Shown here: piece by piece, positions 62,484 through 64,000 of the stretch | Layout: every line of letters begins with the position of its first letter | How positions within the stretch are numbered: position 1 is the first letter of the stretch | Origin: Geosiphon pyriformis uo1 | Taxonomy: Eukaryota; Fungi; Glomeromycota | Direction: 5' to 3' | Assembly: GCA_016748015.1 (NCBI GenBank) | Contig: JAAOMT010000577.1 | Coordinates: 1-64,000 of the forward strand | DNA length: 64,000 nt | Notes under the pieces: generated by a model | Told to the model about the DNA's origin: nothing | The model's input: only the letters and a program-made list of their open reading frames with translations | Database searches by the model: none | Position numbers and translations under genes: made by a program

Positions 62484-64000
62484 TCAAGAAATCATCATTT
62501 CATTGAATTTCTGAATCATATCAACATTTTCATTTCCTTTGGCTTTCAAACAAGTTAACAAAGCTTTATGCTTATCTTTAAGGGTACCGATTCCTATATC
62601 GTGGCAATCAGTCAAATAGATCTTGGCATGTTTGAATGATTCTTTATCACACCGTTCAAACCAAAGATATGCCTTTCTGGGATTTCTCTCAGTACCAATA
62701 CCAAGCATAAAACAGTATCCCACCCAAAACTGACCATTGAGATAACCAGTGTCTGCGATTTCTTGATAAAGTTGAAAAGCTCTCTCTGAATCCTGTTCTC
62801 CTATACGAAGAGTATGAGCTAAATTACTTTTACCTTGGGGATGACCCATATCTGCCGATTTTTGGTAGTATGAGTTTCCTACATGACGGTTAAAGCCAAA
62901 TTCGGCCCCAAGGCTGTAGCAGTATCCAAGTTGGTTTAGAGCAAAAGGATCGTCTCCATCACCTGCCACTCTGTACCAAGGAATTGCTTTCTCAATATTG
63001 AGCCCAATCTTGTCACTATAACAAAATCCAAGTAAACAAGCACACTCAGGTAAAAATCGGAACTTTAATAGAATGTTAATAAGTACATCTTCTGATTGCT
63101 TTTCGATATCCCAATATTTTTTTAGGTGGCTAAAAACCAGCTGGTCATCTCCATCGAGTCTCGTATATTTGTCAAGAAGGGTGAGTGTATTTTCCAAAAG
63201 ACTAATTTCCTCTGGTGAGATCTCAAGACTGTAAAGCCGACGCTTGAGAGCGAAAAGAGTTGAGGCTAGTGGTGTATCAGGTATTGTAGTGTTATCTGAT
63301 TGTTGATCGGTTAATTCAGCCGTGTCAATTTTCTTAACATTCTCTGATTGTTCTTCACATGGATATGTTGAATATGAATCTGATGTCCAAGAAATTTGTT
63401 CTAAACTTTTCTCCACTTCTTTAAGATTAGGACGCTTTTTAGGATCTTGGGCACAACAACTCTTAGCTAATTGGATGAAATCTGCTGGAGCCCTAGCATT
63501 GGACCAATCACGCCTTCCTTCGTAGATATCCAGAATGAATTTTTCTTTATTTGTGAAATCGTACAGAGAAGCACCGGCTAGCTCGGCAAAAATGACACCC
63601 AACGCAAATATCACTGAATTTTCATCACGAGAGGCTTTTGGGTTCTTGACATATTGTGGGTCTGTGTATTTTAATAGATAGTACGTATTAACCGTATGGA
63701 TGTAATGATCTAATGAACGTTGAATAAACTTTAAATAGGCGATTTTAGCCCTTCCATTATGAATCCATATGTTCATCGGATTCTAAAAAAGAGTTATTTG
63801 TATGTGTGACATATTTTTTAATAAATACACTGCAGAAACTAACCATAGCTTCGATCAGCGATACCCTCTTTTCTTTAAGATATATGGTCCCAGCTACAAT
63901 ATCCTTTGCTATCTGAAGTTTTTGGGAATTTTCCAGCTGTTTTAGATCGTTTTCAAACCATTTAGAAAGTAATTCTCCATCACAATACTCCGTAACAAGA
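62484..64000 (-). CDS. Pseudokinase plus Sel1-repeat protein; 5' end lies beyond the window
   Basis: LVTEYCDG...KLQIAKDIVAGTIYL, intron 63783-63843, kinase C-lobe (YTDPQ, IFALGVIFAEL, CCAQDPKKRP), helical linker, about four SLR repeats. Confidence 0.88.

Noticed and set aside
1-64000. tRNA, rRNA or bacterial/endosymbiont DNA
   Set aside because: No cloverleaf or rRNA signature was recognised by eye, and the conserved genes carry spliceosomal introns. tRNAscan and Infernal were not run.

Overview
Eukaryotic, very AT-rich, intron-rich fungal DNA. The gene families (HSPA12-like HSP70s, many Sel1-repeat and kinase-Sel1 proteins, a Crinkler relic) point to Glomeromycotina (arbuscular mycorrhizal fungi and relatives); this is inferred from family content only. 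Conserved genes: an HDHD3-like HAD hydrolase, a 4-exon NoxD/Pro41 (p22phox-like) gene mostly missed by the ORF track, NTM1/TAE1, and mitochondrial GUF1 (about 23 introns). Expanded or accessory genes: three atypical HSP70s (two are near-identical inverted copies; one is head-to-head with a coiled-coil protein ending in a GrpE/MIEAP-like domain), six Sel1-repeat genes (one fused to a pseudokinase), and a secreted precursor that Kex2 would cut into four identical 65-aa Asn/Gly peptides of five 13-residue coils each. Mobile and decayed DNA: an intron-containing pogo/Tigger element with both TIRs and a TA TSD, a Tc1 relic, a Fanzor/TnpB relic with 3' hairpins, a 5-kb LINE destroyed by C>T/G>A transitions outside CpG contexts, a second LINE 3' fragment sharing a 3'-UTR motif, and pseudogenes of Fic/Doc, SDR, Sel1 and CRN-kinase genes. 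All family calls come from motif recognition by eye; no searches were run.
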